In this document: positions 37,673 through 48,734 of the stretch, one piece after another
Layout: every line of letters begins with the position of its first letter
Numbering within the stretch: position 1 is the first letter of the stretch
Made by a program: the position numbers and the translations under genes
Assembly (NCBI GenBank): GCA_965660855.1
Contig: CBFIBM010000004.1
Coordinates: 1 to 64,000 of the forward strand
DNA length: 64,000 bases
Origin: an uncultured bacterium
GTDB lineage: Bacteria > Fidelibacterota > Marinisomatia > Marinisomatales > UBA1611
Direction: 5' to 3'
The notes under the pieces: model-generated
Told to the model about the DNA's origin: nothing
The model's input: the letters and a program-made list of their open reading frames with translations, nothing else
Databases searched by the model: none

Positions 37673-38380
37673 TTAGAAAGCCATGCCTATTTTAAACATA
37701 GCTTGTGCAAAACCATTAGAGCCATCATAAACATTTTCTGCAATAGTATATCTAAAGTTTAAATGGCTGTCTAATACTAAAATTTTAAAACGTAATCCTG
37801 CTTGCACGTGAAAACCGCTTGCGTCAATTCTATTATCTTTTAAATAATTAATTAATTCATTTTCTAAATCATTGTCGTTAGGATTAAACTCGCTCAAGTC
37901 TTCAATTTCAAATATCTCTTTAACCATATCTATATTTGCTCTTGGAGTTGATGTGTGTCCGTTAATTCCAATACCCGCATTTATTGCAGCCTTTGCTAAA
38001 ATTGGAATTGTAATGTCCATTAAGTTCTTTTTCAAAGTAAAAGCATAAGAAACTCTTCCCCAGCCGAAAGGTATATTTTCTAAATTTGGTATACCAGAAG
38101 GAGATATGAAGTCAAATTGGTACTCTCCAAATGCAAAATCACCTTCAGCTTCTAGGGCAAAACCAAATAAATCAATAAAGGCATATCCGCCAAGACCAAT
38201 TGGGAAGGTTTCCATCTCCTTAGACTCTACGGTGACTTGAGTATTAGTCCCTTCATTTTGATATTCAATGCTTCCATCCAGCTTTGAGTAGTCTTGTCCA
38301 AATTGTAACCCGAACCCCGCTAAAGCAAAAATATAGGAAGGCACGGCTAAAAGTATAATTCTAGTTAACAATTTTTTCAT
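37673..38380 (-). CDS. Outer-membrane beta-barrel protein
   Basis: Start reassigned to MKKLLTRII (AAAGGA RBS); signal peptide; C-terminal FKIGMAF. Confidence 0.75.
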   Translation of the reverse strand: MKKLLTRIILLAVPSYIFALAGFGLQFGQDYSKLDGSIEYQNEGTNTQVTVESKEMETFPIGLGGYAFIDLFGFALEAEGDFAFGEYQFDFISPSGIPNLENIPFGWGRVSYAFTLKKNLMDITIPILAKAAINAGIGINGHTSTPRANIDMVKEIFEIEDLSEFNPNDNDLENELINYLKDNRIDASGFHVQAGLRFKILVLDSHLNFRYTIAENVYDGSNGFAQAMFKIGMAF

Positions 38381-38488
38381 TTTTATTCCTTTTATTTGTT
38401 CATATAATTTATAGAGTTTACGGTAAGTCTTTTTAGTAAACAAATCACTCGTTGTTAACACTATCACTTTCTAAATAAATTTGATATC

Positions 38489-40744
38489 ATGAAACAATAC
38501 TTCTTAATATTTTTTCTACTACTAGGTAAAATTGCTTTTCCTCAAGATGCGGGTTGGCCAACTCAGATGGGAAAGTATTTTTCTTCAAATTTTGGAGAAA
38601 ATAGAGATGATCATTTTCATATGGGAATTGATATTAAAACTGGTGGAAAAATCGGCATGGAGATTCTAGCTGTTGAAGATGGGTATATAAGTAGGATAAA
38701 ATCAGATTATAATGGCTATGGTAAAGCTGTATACCAGCGCACAGTATCTGGGCATGAAGTTGTTTATGCCCATTTAGAGTCTTTTACACCTGTGATGGAA
38801 AAAGTGTGGAGGTTACAACAAGCTAAAAGAAAAAGTTACAAAGTTGATGCTCAATTCTCTCCTAGAGAATTTCAAGTACAAAAAGGTGACTTAATTGGGT
38901 TTTCTGGAAATACCGGCCATTCTTTTGCGCCTCATTTACACTTTGAATATCGTTCAAGTAAGAGTGTCCCTCTAAATCCCTTGACCATGGCATTTGATTT
39001 AGAAGATAATTCAATGCCCGTTGCTAAAAAAATAGCACTAATTCCCATTTCTCAAGGTTCTTTAATAAATGCAAGTCCTCTAGCACAAACATTCCCTCTT
39101 TTTAGAGATAAAAAGGGAATTTATCATTTTGCAGATACAATTAGTGTTTTTGGTGAATTTGGTTTTTCAATAGAAACAATTGATAAAAGACAAGGATCGA
39201 AAAATAAATATCAATTCTATCGTGCTGAATTAGTAGTTGACGGTGAGAAAGAATTTGAGATTGAGTATAATAAGATTCCCTTTAATGAGGGGAAGTTTGC
39301 AAAAACAATTATCCAGTACGATATGAAAAGAAAAAATTTAGGTGAGTTTCAAAAGCTCTATAGATTACCTGAGCATAGAAGTATTTCAATTCATAACTCT
39401 GAAAAAACAGGAATTTTAAAATTACCTCCAGGTTTTCATTCTATTATTATAAATATATTTGACGCTTATGGAAATAAAACCATTGTAAAAGGAGTCGTTG
39501 CAGGGTCTTTCCCAATGGTTTTAGATGCGAAAGAAATTTTAAAAGATAATAAAGTTACTGTTCTTGCTTTAAGTCCAAAAAGAGGAGGTCTTCCTATAAG
39601 AAATGCAATTATTTATAGCTTTACTTCTTATGGATTTCCAGATCAAAAATTAGATATTCTACATTCTGAAAAAGTTAAAAACGATTTACATGTAACCTTA
39701 TCATCTAAAGATATTAAAAATCGTATTTTACAAATAATTGGTATAAATCAATTAGGTGGAGTGGTAAACCCCTATCATTGGACTTCATTTAATTCAAAAA
39801 TAAGTGTAGTCGATATACAACCTGAGCTTGAGATTTCAAATACCGAACGAGGACTTTTTTTTCAAGTTAGCTTGGATCAATATGTTCCTACTAAAGTACA
39901 AATAAAACTTGCTAATGATAATACATTCTCATCTTACAATTTAAACCAAATAGGACCAAACACTTTTCTGTCAGAAATGCTCTCTCATCAAATTGTTGAT
40001 AATATGAAATATATAGATGTAGAGCTATCTCACGAAAATTTATTAAGAGAAACAAGGTTTAACTATGAGATGCAAGCTGTTGGTCCAGGTTTAAAAAATC
40101 AGATATTTTCTACAGATAGAAACTGTGCTATTGAAACCAAACCTAATACATTTTTTCAAACAAACATTTCTTGGATCGAAAAAACTGATGTTTTTAACCC
40201 CGTTGAGGATGGGTTTCATATGGCACCTGTTTATCAATTGCAGCCCTATGATTTAGCATTAAAAGGAAGCTTTCATATTAGAATTAAGTATAATAAAGGT
40301 TTAGCAGAACATTCAAATCTAGGAATCTACTATTTTGATCCTAAATCAAAAAAATGGATATATACACCAACTGAAAATAATAAAAGAAAACAAGTATTAA
40401 CCGCTGAATTAGAACAAATGAACGCTGTCACTATTATACAAGATTTAGATTCTCCAAAAATTATTAATACTTTCCCTGGGAATAGTGGCAGATACCATGT
40501 TAAAGATGTAAATACAATAAAAATTACAGTGGATGATCCAATATCAGGCATAGAATCTGAAGAATCTTCTTTTGAGCTTAAGTTAAATGATAAAAAGTTG
40601 TTTGCTGCTTACCAACCACTCAAAAAACAAATTAGCTATATTTTGGATCAGCGTTTATCAAAAGGACAACATAAAATTGATTTTAAAGTAGTGGATCGAG
40701 CTGGAAATGAATCTAATGAAGTAATTTATTTTGTTGTTTTTTAA
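38489..40744 (+). CDS. M23 family metallopeptidase with C-terminal Ig-like domains
   Basis: FGE.R..HFH.GID, YAHL, SGNTG.S.APHLHFE. Confidence 0.92.
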   Translation: MKQYFLIFFLLLGKIAFPQDAGWPTQMGKYFSSNFGENRDDHFHMGIDIKTGGKIGMEILAVEDGYISRIKSDYNGYGKAVYQRTVSGHEVVYAHLESFTPVMEKVWRLQQAKRKSYKVDAQFSPREFQVQKGDLIGFSGNTGHSFAPHLHFEYRSSKSVPLNPLTMAFDLEDNSMPVAKKIALIPISQGSLINASPLAQTFPLFRDKKGIYHFADTISVFGEFGFSIETIDKRQGSKNKYQFYRAELVVDGEKEFEIEYNKIPFNEGKFAKTIIQYDMKRKNLGEFQKLYRLPEHRSISIHNSEKTGILKLPPGFHSIIINIFDAYGNKTIVKGVVAGSFPMVLDAKEILKDNKVTVLALSPKRGGLPIRNAIIYSFTSYGFPDQKLDILHSEKVKNDLHVTLSSKDIKNRILQIIGINQLGGVVNPYHWTSFNSKISVVDIQPELEISNTERGLFFQVSLDQYVPTKVQIKLANDNTFSSYNLNQIGPNTFLSEMLSHQIVDNMKYIDVELSHENLLRETRFNYEMQAVGPGLKNQIFSTDRNCAIETKPNTFFQTNISWIEKTDVFNPVEDGFHMAPVYQLQPYDLALKGSFHIRIKYNKGLAEHSNLGIYYFDPKSKKWIYTPTENNKRKQVLTAELEQMNAVTIIQDLDSPKIINTFPGNSGRYHVKDVNTIKITVDDPISGIESEESSFELKLNDKKLFAAYQPLKKQISYILDQRLSKGQHKIDFKVVDRAGNESNEVIYFVVF

Positions 40745-41397
40745 TGTTCTTCCCATACAAAGATGATAATCCGAGAGTTTTATATCCATATGTTACGTTC
40801 GGAATAATTTATTTTAGTGTATTTATTTTCTTATGTCAAATATTTCTAAACTCAACAGATGCCTCTTTAGCGAGTAAACTTGTTTACATATTTGGCTTTA
40901 CTCCAGAGAGATTTAATATTATCAGTATTTTCACCTCCATGTTTCTTCATGGAGGTTTTGGACATATTGTTGGTAATATGTGGTTTCTTTATATTTTTGG
41001 AGATAATGTTGAAAGCATATTAGGACATGTAAAATATTTTATTTTTTATTTATCCTCAGGGCTATTTGCTGCATTGGGCCAATATGCCACAAACCCTAAT
41101 TCAGAACTCCCAATGATTGGTGCAAGTGGAGCAATTGCTGGAATCTTAGGTGCATATTTAATAAGTTTTCCAAAAGCCAAGGTACATGTCTTTGTAATGT
41201 TATTTATTTTCTTTACCACTTTTATAATACCTGCTAAAATTGTACTCGGTATTTGGTTTTTAGTCCAAATAAATGGAGGATTTTCTGAATTTGGTGTTAT
41301 TTCAAAAGGTGGAACAGCTTGGTTTGCACATATTGGCGGTTTTATCTTTGGAGCACTTTTAATAAAAAAATTTCAAAAATTCCAAGTAGAATATTAA
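40744..41397 (+). CDS. Rhomboid intramembrane serine protease
   Basis: SMFLHGG..HI.GNM.FL.IFGDNVE, GASGAI, AHIGGF. Confidence 0.95.
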   Translation: MFFPYKDDNPRVLYPYVTFGIIYFSVFIFLCQIFLNSTDASLASKLVYIFGFTPERFNIISIFTSMFLHGGFGHIVGNMWFLYIFGDNVESILGHVKYFIFYLSSGLFAALGQYATNPNSELPMIGASGAIAGILGAYLISFPKAKVHVFVMLFIFFTTFIIPAKIVLGIWFLVQINGGFSEFGVISKGGTAWFAHIGGFIFGALLIKKFQKFQVEY

Positions 41398-41400
41398 ATA

Positions 41401-42012
41401 ATGAAACCAACTTTTATTGGAATTACAGGTGGTACAGGTTCAGGAAAAACTTATTTGAGCAAATTATTTGTAAAAGAATTTGGTAACAAGAATACTACAA
41501 GAGTTGAACTAGACTCTTACTACAAAGATAATTCTAATTTAAGTTTAATTGATCGAGAAAAAATAAACTATGATCATCCAGAATCTGTGGACCGAAAACT
41601 AATTGAAAAACAATTGCTTCAATTGCGTAATTGGGAGAATGTTCAAATTCCAAATTATAATTTCTCAAACCATACTAGAATGAGTTCAAAAAATAAAATC
41701 ATACCTAAAGAAATCATAATAGTTGATGGTATTTTTGCTTTATATTTTGAGGAGATATATGAATTATTAGATATAAAAATTTTCTTAAATACCCCAAGAG
41801 ATATAAGTTTAATTAGGAGATTAGAACGTGATATTGCTCATCGAGGACGATCTCTAGATTCTACAATAAAACAATATTTAAATTCAGTACGCCCTATGTA
41901 TGATGAATATATAAAACCAACTCAAAATCTAGCCGATATAGTTATGGAACATGATCATGATTTTTCAAAATTAATTGATAAGGTAAATTTTTTAATGGAC
42001 AAAAATAGTTGA
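41401..42012 (+). CDS. udk: Uridine kinase
   Basis: GITGGTGSGKT, DSYY, NYDHP, RRLERD...RGR. Confidence 0.95.
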   Translation: MKPTFIGITGGTGSGKTYLSKLFVKEFGNKNTTRVELDSYYKDNSNLSLIDREKINYDHPESVDRKLIEKQLLQLRNWENVQIPNYNFSNHTRMSSKNKIIPKEIIIVDGIFALYFEEIYELLDIKIFLNTPRDISLIRRLERDIAHRGRSLDSTIKQYLNSVRPMYDEYIKPTQNLADIVMEHDHDFSKLIDKVNFLMDKNS

Positions 42013-42572
42013 AAGCAAAAACGCAAATTTATGGTAGAATTGAAGTCATCTGCGGAGGTATGTTTTCTGGAAAAACAGAAGAGTTAATACGAAGACTTCG
42101 TAGAGCAGAAATTGCCAGATTAACCATTGCTATATTCAAACCACAATTAGATACTAGGTTTAAGAAAAAACAAATTATAAGTCACAATAAAACAGCAATG
42201 AATTCAACCTTAGTCAACGAATGTGAAGCTATCTTAAATGAGGCAGAAAAATATGATGTCATTGGGATTGACGAAGCTCAATTTTTTGATAATAGACTTG
42301 TTAAAGTTTGTCAAAAACTTGCAAATATGAATAAACGTGTTATTGTTGCTGGTTTAGATAAAGATTTCAAAGGAAGCCCCTTTGGCCCTATGCCATATCT
42401 TATGGCAGAAGCAGATTATTTAGATAAATTAAGAGCTATATGTACACTCTGCGGACGTTCAGCATCCAATAGTCAGAGAATGACAGAAGACATAGAAAGA
42501 GTGGTTATTGGCGAACTCGATATTTATGAAGCAAGGTGCCGATCTTGTTTTAATAAACCGCCAAATATTTAA
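42009..42572 (+). CDS. tdk: Thymidine kinase
   Basis: GGMFSGKTEELIRR, IDEAQFF, AGLD.DF, zinc CxxC motifs. Confidence 0.96.
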   Translation: MKAKTQIYGRIEVICGGMFSGKTEELIRRLRRAEIARLTIAIFKPQLDTRFKKKQIISHNKTAMNSTLVNECEAILNEAEKYDVIGIDEAQFFDNRLVKVCQKLANMNKRVIVAGLDKDFKGSPFGPMPYLMAEADYLDKLRAICTLCGRSASNSQRMTEDIERVVIGELDIYEARCRSCFNKPPNI

Positions 42573-42575
42573 TTT

Positions 42576-43799
42576 ATGGATAATCTTTCAGGACTTTTAG
42601 GTATATTAGTTATCTTGGGATTAGCAATCCTTCTATCTGTAAAAAGAAAAAAAATTAAAATTAAAATTATTATATGGGGGTTAAGTCTACAGCTTTTTTT
42701 CTCATTAATTATTTTAAAAGTACCTTTTATTAAAAATCAATTCTTATATGTTGATTTATTTTTTAAAAAATTAATCAGTTTTTCTGATGCTGGTAGTAAT
42801 TTTTTATTTGAGTCATTTATTCCTGAAATTGGATATCATGGTGCTCTAGTGAATTTTGCTTTTAGAGCACTTCCAGTTATTATATTTTTTTCTAGCCTGG
42901 TCTCTATGCTTTATCATTTAGGATTAACCCAAATAGTAATTCAATTTTTTTCTAAAATTATGCAAAAAACAATGAAAACTAGTGCTCCTGAAACATTAAG
43001 CGTCTCAGCAAATATATTTATTGGGCAAACTGAAGCTCCCATTTTAGTACGTCCTTACATAGCTAAAATGACTAGTTCAGAATTAGGAACAATAATGACA
43101 GGTGGCTTTGCAACAGCAGCAGGTTCTGTATTAGCTCTTTATGTCCTTTGGCTAGAATCTATACCGGGAATAGCAGGGCATTTATTAGCCGCAAGTATTA
43201 TGAGTGCTCCAGCCTCAATAGTCATTTCAAAGATAATTTTTCCAGAATTTGATAAACCATTATTCTTAGATGATATTAATCTTAATGAATTAAAAAAAGA
43301 TGAAAACATTATAGATGCTATTGTAAGAGGAGCATCAGATGGGTTAAAGTTAGCAGCTAATGTTGGTGCAATGTTAATCGCATTTGTTTCAATGATTGCT
43401 ATGATTAACTATATTTTTAGTTTTATGTTTAATCAAACTCTGCAACAAACTTTGGGTCTAATATTGAGTCCTCTAGCTTGGAGTATGGGAATCCCATGGG
43501 AAGAAGCAAATATTGTTGGAACATTAATGTCTGAAAAAATAGTACTGACTGAATTAATTGCATATTCAAACCTTAGCCAAATTATTAAAAGCGAATTAAT
43601 TTCAGAGAGGTCTGCAATAATCTCTAGCTATGCATTATGTGGATTTGCTAATTTTAGCTCAATTGGAATCCAATTAGGAGGTCTAACTACTATTGCTCCC
43701 AAGAGAAAAAAAGATTTATCTAAAATAGTATTTAGAGCAATGATCGGCGGTGCTCTAGCCTCTTTTTTGACAGCAACTTTAGCAGGAATTTTAATTTAA
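42576..43799 (+). CDS. nupC: CNT family nucleoside transporter
   Basis: IFIGQTEAP..VRPY, GGFAT, SYALCGFANFSSIGI. Confidence 0.93.
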   Translation: MDNLSGLLGILVILGLAILLSVKRKKIKIKIIIWGLSLQLFFSLIILKVPFIKNQFLYVDLFFKKLISFSDAGSNFLFESFIPEIGYHGALVNFAFRALPVIIFFSSLVSMLYHLGLTQIVIQFFSKIMQKTMKTSAPETLSVSANIFIGQTEAPILVRPYIAKMTSSELGTIMTGGFATAAGSVLALYVLWLESIPGIAGHLLAASIMSAPASIVISKIIFPEFDKPLFLDDINLNELKKDENIIDAIVRGASDGLKLAANVGAMLIAFVSMIAMINYIFSFMFNQTLQQTLGLILSPLAWSMGIPWEEANIVGTLMSEKIVLTELIAYSNLSQIIKSELISERSAIISSYALCGFANFSSIGIQLGGLTTIAPKRKKDLSKIVFRAMIGGALASFLTATLAGILI

Positions 43800-43811
43800 T
43801 ATGAGAAAAAA

Positions 43812-44372
43812 ATGAAATTATTAATAATGGGTCCTCCAGGGGTTGGAAAAGGTACTCAGGCAGCATTACTAAAAAAAAGTTTGGATATAATTCACCTTTC
43901 TACTGGTGATATTTTAAGAGATGAAATTAAAAAAAATTCTATAATTGGTCTTAAAGCACAAACCTTTATGAATGAAGGTAAATTAGTACCCGATAAAATT
44001 CTATTAGATATTATTGCTGAACGTATTATCCAAAAAGATTGTGAAAATGGATTCTTATTGGACGGATTTCCAAGAACCTTAAAACAAGCAATTGGTTTGG
44101 ATAAAATTCTAGAATCAATTAATCAATTATTAGATTTTGCAATTAGTTTAACAGCAAATGAAGAAGAATTAATCACTAGACTTATTAATAGAGGTGCTGA
44201 GTTAGGTCGAAGTGATGATACACCCGAAGTTATAAGGAATAGGCAAAAAATTTACTGGGAAAACACTGCTCCCTTATTAGATTTTTACAAAGATAAATAT
44301 ATTCTGAAAGAAGTGGATGGATTAGGAGACATAGAGATCATTACAAACCGAATACTTAAAAGTATCAAATAA
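43812..44372 (+). CDS. adk: Adenylate kinase (short-LID type)
   Basis: GPPGVGKGTQ, HLSTGDILR, LLDGFPRT, RSDD. Confidence 0.96.
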   Translation: MKLLIMGPPGVGKGTQAALLKKSLDIIHLSTGDILRDEIKKNSIIGLKAQTFMNEGKLVPDKILLDIIAERIIQKDCENGFLLDGFPRTLKQAIGLDKILESINQLLDFAISLTANEEELITRLINRGAELGRSDDTPEVIRNRQKIYWENTAPLLDFYKDKYILKEVDGLGDIEIITNRILKSIK

Positions 44373-44373
44373 A

Positions 44374-44967
44374 ATGCTAAAAATTGGATTAACTGGAGGA
44401 ATAGGTTCAGGAAAAAGCTCTGTTAGCGCAATTTTAAAATCTTGGGGTGCATATGTTTTTGATGCAGATAAAATAGCAAAAAGCATACTCAATGAAAATG
44501 AAAGTGCTCAGAATGAAGTAATAACTGAATTTGGTACGGATGTATTAGGTGCAGACGGAAAAATTGACAAAACAAAACTTTCAAGGGTTGTATTCCATGA
44601 TGAAGACCATCAGATAAAGCTAAATGCAATTATTCACCCATATGTATTCTCTGAAATTGATAAAGAATTTGAGACAGTCTTAAATAAAGGGAAACATGAT
44701 ATTTTTGTTGTTGATGCAGCTTTGATTTATGAATCTGGAGCTGATACACATATGGATTATGTATTAGTGGTAACTTCTCACTTGGGTTTAAGAATTGAAA
44801 GAGCTTTATCCAAAGGAGATTTAAGTAGAGAAGAGTTCTTGAAGCGTGCAGACCTACAATGGCCAGATGAAGATAAAATACACTTAGCTGATTTTGTTAT
44901 TCAAAATAACGGATCTGAAGAAGACTTATTGAATGAAACAAAAAAAACATACGACTTATTAACTTAA
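44374..44967 (+). CDS. coaE: Dephospho-CoA kinase
   Basis: IGLTGGIGSGKS, DAD, IIHP, LIYE. Confidence 0.95.
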   Translation: MLKIGLTGGIGSGKSSVSAILKSWGAYVFDADKIAKSILNENESAQNEVITEFGTDVLGADGKIDKTKLSRVVFHDEDHQIKLNAIIHPYVFSEIDKEFETVLNKGKHDIFVVDAALIYESGADTHMDYVLVVTSHLGLRIERALSKGDLSREEFLKRADLQWPDEDKIHLADFVIQNNGSEEDLLNETKKTYDLLT

Positions 44968-44969
44968 CT

Positions 44970-45464
44970 TTACTTTTTAAGAGCGATAGGTTTATCTAGT
45001 ATTTCTTTCAATACGAAGGCTCTCTTTATGCTATTTGATGAACTAAACAACTTCTTCTTAAGACTTTTCTTGTTATTCCATTTATTACCTAGGTGTAATT
45101 CTTTTCTGTCAGCTAAGTCTGAATGGTAGATTTTATCTTCAAAATTCTCTTTTTTGTTTAATTCAATACTTGTCTCAGATTTATCTAGATTAAGCTCTTC
45201 TTCAATTAATTCATTTTTAACTTCTTTATTTAGAACCTCAAAATCGTCTGTAATTTGTTCCGAATCTATTGATTGTTCTTCAAACGTATCCAATGTTTCT
45301 TTTTGATTAAAAAGGTTTAATAGAAGATCATCTATGCCTTCTTCTTTCTTTGGGGTATCCCAGTCTGAATCAGATTCTATTTCACGATTCTTTTGATCTT
45401 TTTTCCTTTTATTTAAATAACCAGATATAAGATATAAAAATAATAAACCAACGCTTTCCCACAT
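44970..45464 (-). CDS. Hypothetical acidic protein, YqfB-like position in nfeD-floA operon
   Basis: N-terminal TM, acidic linker, C-terminal AFVLKEILDKP.AL. Confidence 0.7.
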   Translation of the reverse strand: MWESVGLLFLYLISGYLNKRKKDQKNREIESDSDWDTPKKEEGIDDLLLNLFNQKETLDTFEEQSIDSEQITDDFEVLNKEVKNELIEEELNLDKSETSIELNKKENFEDKIYHSDLADRKELHLGNKWNNKKSLKKKLFSSSNSIKRAFVLKEILDKPIALKK

Positions 45465-46240
45465 TATTTATTTGGCCTCTCTATCAGAAATAATATTCCA
45501 TTGCATAATATTTCGTTAATTAACGGCACCCAGTGAAAAGGATTTTTTATTTTAGGTAGATTAAAACGATAAGAATATGCAGGCCTGAGCAGCCAATTAC
45601 TTTCCTTGATAATATTAAAACCTGTTTTACTTAATATTCGTTTCATTTCTTTAATTGAAACCCTTGTCTTCTTTGTCTCAATAAGGTATTCAATTTTTTT
45701 TTGTGGGCAATTAATTAGCTTTAAATAATTCACATATAAGAAATTAGGAAAGATGTGCAAATATGGAAGTTTTCCTAAAATATTTGGTATAGTCTGCTGA
45801 TGCCCTGCATAAGCACAATATTTAGGAGGATACGACATGAAAAGTTTTCCTTTTTTTTTCAATAATTTAAAAATATTTTTCAATGCTAGTTCCTTATTAG
45901 GAATATGTTCAATTACATCTCTTAAAATAATTATATCAAATTTTATGGGTATTTCATTTTTGTATGATTCTGAATTACAAATATTTGCTTGAAAAATATT
46001 AATAGAATTATTTTTATTCAGCTCCAATGCATTCCCAAAACGAATATCAGAAAGCTCTATTCCATGACAATTAGCACCCTTATTTGTAAAATATTTTAAA
46101 AGTCCTGCTTCTGCACAACCAACTTCTAAAATCTTTTTCCCATATAAATCTTTTTCTTCTAAAAATGAATGTAAAAAATTTTTCCCATACCATTCCTGCT
46201 CACTATAGCACCTAAGACATCTATCCGAAATTTTATCCAC
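45464..46240 (-). CDS. Class I SAM-dependent methyltransferase
   Basis: ILEVGCAEAG, FDIIILRDVIEHI, LLKKKG. Confidence 0.9.
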   Translation of the reverse strand: MDKISDRCLRCYSEQEWYGKNFLHSFLEEKDLYGKKILEVGCAEAGLLKYFTNKGANCHGIELSDIRFGNALELNKNNSINIFQANICNSESYKNEIPIKFDIIILRDVIEHIPNKELALKNIFKLLKKKGKLFMSYPPKYCAYAGHQQTIPNILGKLPYLHIFPNFLYVNYLKLINCPQKKIEYLIETKKTRVSIKEMKRILSKTGFNIIKESNWLLRPAYSYRFNLPKIKNPFHWVPLINEILCNGILFLIERPNK

Positions 46241-46281
46241 AACGATGCTTTATGTATCTTATTCTAATTGTACATAAATTA

Positions 46282-47289
46282 TTAATTTTCGTTGGAATCG
46301 CCGCTAGCATCAGCAGAACTAGTATCAGAGATTGCATCTCTCATTATTGTATCTGATTTTATATTTTCCATTTTATAATAATCCATAATCCCCAAATTAC
46401 CATCTCTAAATGCTTGAGCCATTGCTTTAGGAACTGTTGCTTCAGATTCAACGACTTTAGCTCTCATCTCTTGTGTTTTAGCAGTCATCTCTTGCTCTTC
46501 TGCAACTGCCATTGCTCTTCGAGTTTCTGCTTTTGCTTGAGCAACTCTTAAATCCGCTTCTGCTTGATCAGCTTGTAAAGAAGCGCCAATATTTTTCCCA
46601 ACATCTAAATCCGCAATATCAATTGATAAAATTTCAAATGCGGTTCCCGCATCAAGCCCTTTGTCTAGAACAGCGCGTGAAATATTGTCTGGATTTTCTA
46701 GAACCTGAGAATAATTTTTAGCAGAACCAATGGCTGAAACAATGCCTTCACCAACTCTTGCAATAATCGTATCATCTGTTGCACCTCCAACTAAGCCAGG
46801 TAAGTTCGTTCTAACAGTAACTCTCGCTCTGGCTTTTAGCTCAATTCCATCTTTTGCAACCGCTGCTAAATAACCTTCTTTAGGAGCATTGATAACTTTA
46901 GGATATACAGATGTCTGGACTGCATTTAAAACATCGCGCCCAGCTAAATCAATAGCTGTAGCTGTTTCAAATTTTAAAGCTATATCGGCTTTGTCAGCAG
47001 CAATAAGAGCTGAGACGATATTCTGAACATTCCCACCTGCTAGGTAATGTGTTTCTAACATATCTGTAGAGATATCCTGTAGGCCTGCTTTATGAAGATT
47101 TATAACTCCATCAGTTACCAACCTAGGTGATATTTTTCGTAGTCGCATTCTAATTAAATCCACAATTCTAATTCTTCCTATCCCAAGAGAGACTATACCT
47201 TGAATCCACATTCCAACTGGAACAAAATAAAAAACTGTTAGAGTCACAAAAACAATTACTCCAAGCATAAACATTTGTATAAACGGCAT
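46282..47289 (-). CDS. floA: Flotillin-like protein FloA (YqfA)
   Basis: [60 protein letters not shown]. Confidence 0.95.
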   Translation of the reverse strand: MPFIQMFMLGVIVFVTLTVFYFVPVGMWIQGIVSLGIGRIRIVDLIRMRLRKISPRLVTDGVINLHKAGLQDISTDMLETHYLAGGNVQNIVSALIAADKADIALKFETATAIDLAGRDVLNAVQTSVYPKVINAPKEGYLAAVAKDGIELKARARVTVRTNLPGLVGGATDDTIIARVGEGIVSAIGSAKNYSQVLENPDNISRAVLDKGLDAGTAFEILSIDIADLDVGKNIGASLQADQAEADLRVAQAKAETRRAMAVAEEQEMTAKTQEMRAKVVESEATVPKAMAQAFRDGNLGIMDYYKMENIKSDTIMRDAISDTSSADASGDSNEN

Positions 47290-47308
47290 AATTAATTCCT
47301 CATTTTAT

Positions 47309-48649
47309 TTATAGTTTTCTCACTAATATTCTATTTCCATCGACTGATAAAATTTTAACTTTTTCTCCTTTATCAATAAAACCACCTTCACTAACAACAA
47401 AAACACGATTTTTTTCCACATTTACCCATCCTGAAGGATTTAAATCGGTATCAGTTTTACCAATTTCATTAACTAAGGTCTCCCAACCAAATGAGTTTGT
47501 GAAACCATCTTCTTTTTTTTGGGATCCTGGAGCTGTTAATTGCTTCCAAAATTTTGTTTTTATCATAACTTTTAATAATAAATATATTCCAACTAACGCT
47601 CCCAGAAGACCTATTGTAAAACCATCCATGGCACTACCTAAAACTTCTTCACTTACAGGGACATCAGGAATCAAAAGTAAATATAAACCATATATGATGA
47701 CACCTAATCCAGAAACACCAACAATGCCAAAACCCGGTATAACAAAAGCCTCAAGCATTATTAGTGCAAAACCCGTAATAATTAAGAGCATATCGGACAT
47801 AGTTGCTAATTGAGCTATATATGAGGCACTTAAAGATAAAATTAAGCAAACTATACCGACAAAACCTGGGATACCCCATCCTGGACTCTGAAGCTCAAAG
47901 AGTATACCTAAAAAACCAAATGTTGTTAATAGCGAAGCAACAACGGGGTTGGTTAAAAAGCGTACTAAGTTTTCCGACCAATTTTCAATATTTTGTCTCA
48001 CTTTATATTTTGAATAATCTAACTTAATTATTAAGTCATTAAATGTTTCTGCTTTCCCATCAGAAATTTTATACTTTAATGCTTGTTCAGTCGTCAAAGA
48101 AATCAACTTTCCATCTTTTCTTCCTTCGATATCATTCACCGCAATTGAATCACTATTTATTACTAAATGTGTAAACTTCAATTCTTCATCAACCATGCCT
48201 CTGGCAATTTCAGCATTCCTTCCTCTTTTTTCCGCAGTTGAGGCCATTTCCTCTCGCATAAAACTAATTACTTTCTCGCTACCTTTTTTACCAGACATAT
48301 CGACTGCAGTAGCTGCACCAATAAGGCCACCTTCAGTCATATATATTTTTTCGCAAGATAGTGATATTAGTGCGCCTGCCGAAATAGCTCTTCTATTAAT
48401 AAAGGCTATCGTCGTAATTTTAGAGCTCAAAATTGCATCTTTAATTTGTGTTGCAGCATCTACTCTTCCTCCAAAGGTGTTTATTTCAAAAATTATTGCT
48501 TCTGCATTTTCTGATTCAGCTTGAGATATTACACGTTTAATAAAAGGAGGTAGTCCTAAATCAATCGTTCCTTCAATTGGAACTTTGTAAATAATTTCGG
48601 ATACTAATGATGATATTAATAATAAAAATATAAAAACTGGTTTTTTCAT
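47309..48649 (-). CDS. nfeD: NfeD family membrane-bound ClpP-class serine protease (YqeZ-like)
   Basis: INTFGG, AISAGA, TM bundle, C-terminal OB fold TDLNPSG. Confidence 0.92.
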   Translation of the reverse strand: MKKPVFIFLLLISSLVSEIIYKVPIEGTIDLGLPPFIKRVISQAESENAEAIIFEINTFGGRVDAATQIKDAILSSKITTIAFINRRAISAGALISLSCEKIYMTEGGLIGAATAVDMSGKKGSEKVISFMREEMASTAEKRGRNAEIARGMVDEELKFTHLVINSDSIAVNDIEGRKDGKLISLTTEQALKYKISDGKAETFNDLIIKLDYSKYKVRQNIENWSENLVRFLTNPVVASLLTTFGFLGILFELQSPGWGIPGFVGIVCLILSLSASYIAQLATMSDMLLIITGFALIMLEAFVIPGFGIVGVSGLGVIIYGLYLLLIPDVPVSEEVLGSAMDGFTIGLLGALVGIYLLLKVMIKTKFWKQLTAPGSQKKEDGFTNSFGWETLVNEIGKTDTDLNPSGWVNVEKNRVFVVSEGGFIDKGEKVKILSVDGNRILVRKL

Positions 48650-48734
48650 ACTATCAAATTTGAGGATAAAACATCTTTAGAAAAACAAAAATCGAATATA
48701 ATAAAACCCTTATAAATTGTAATTTATGTAGCTA

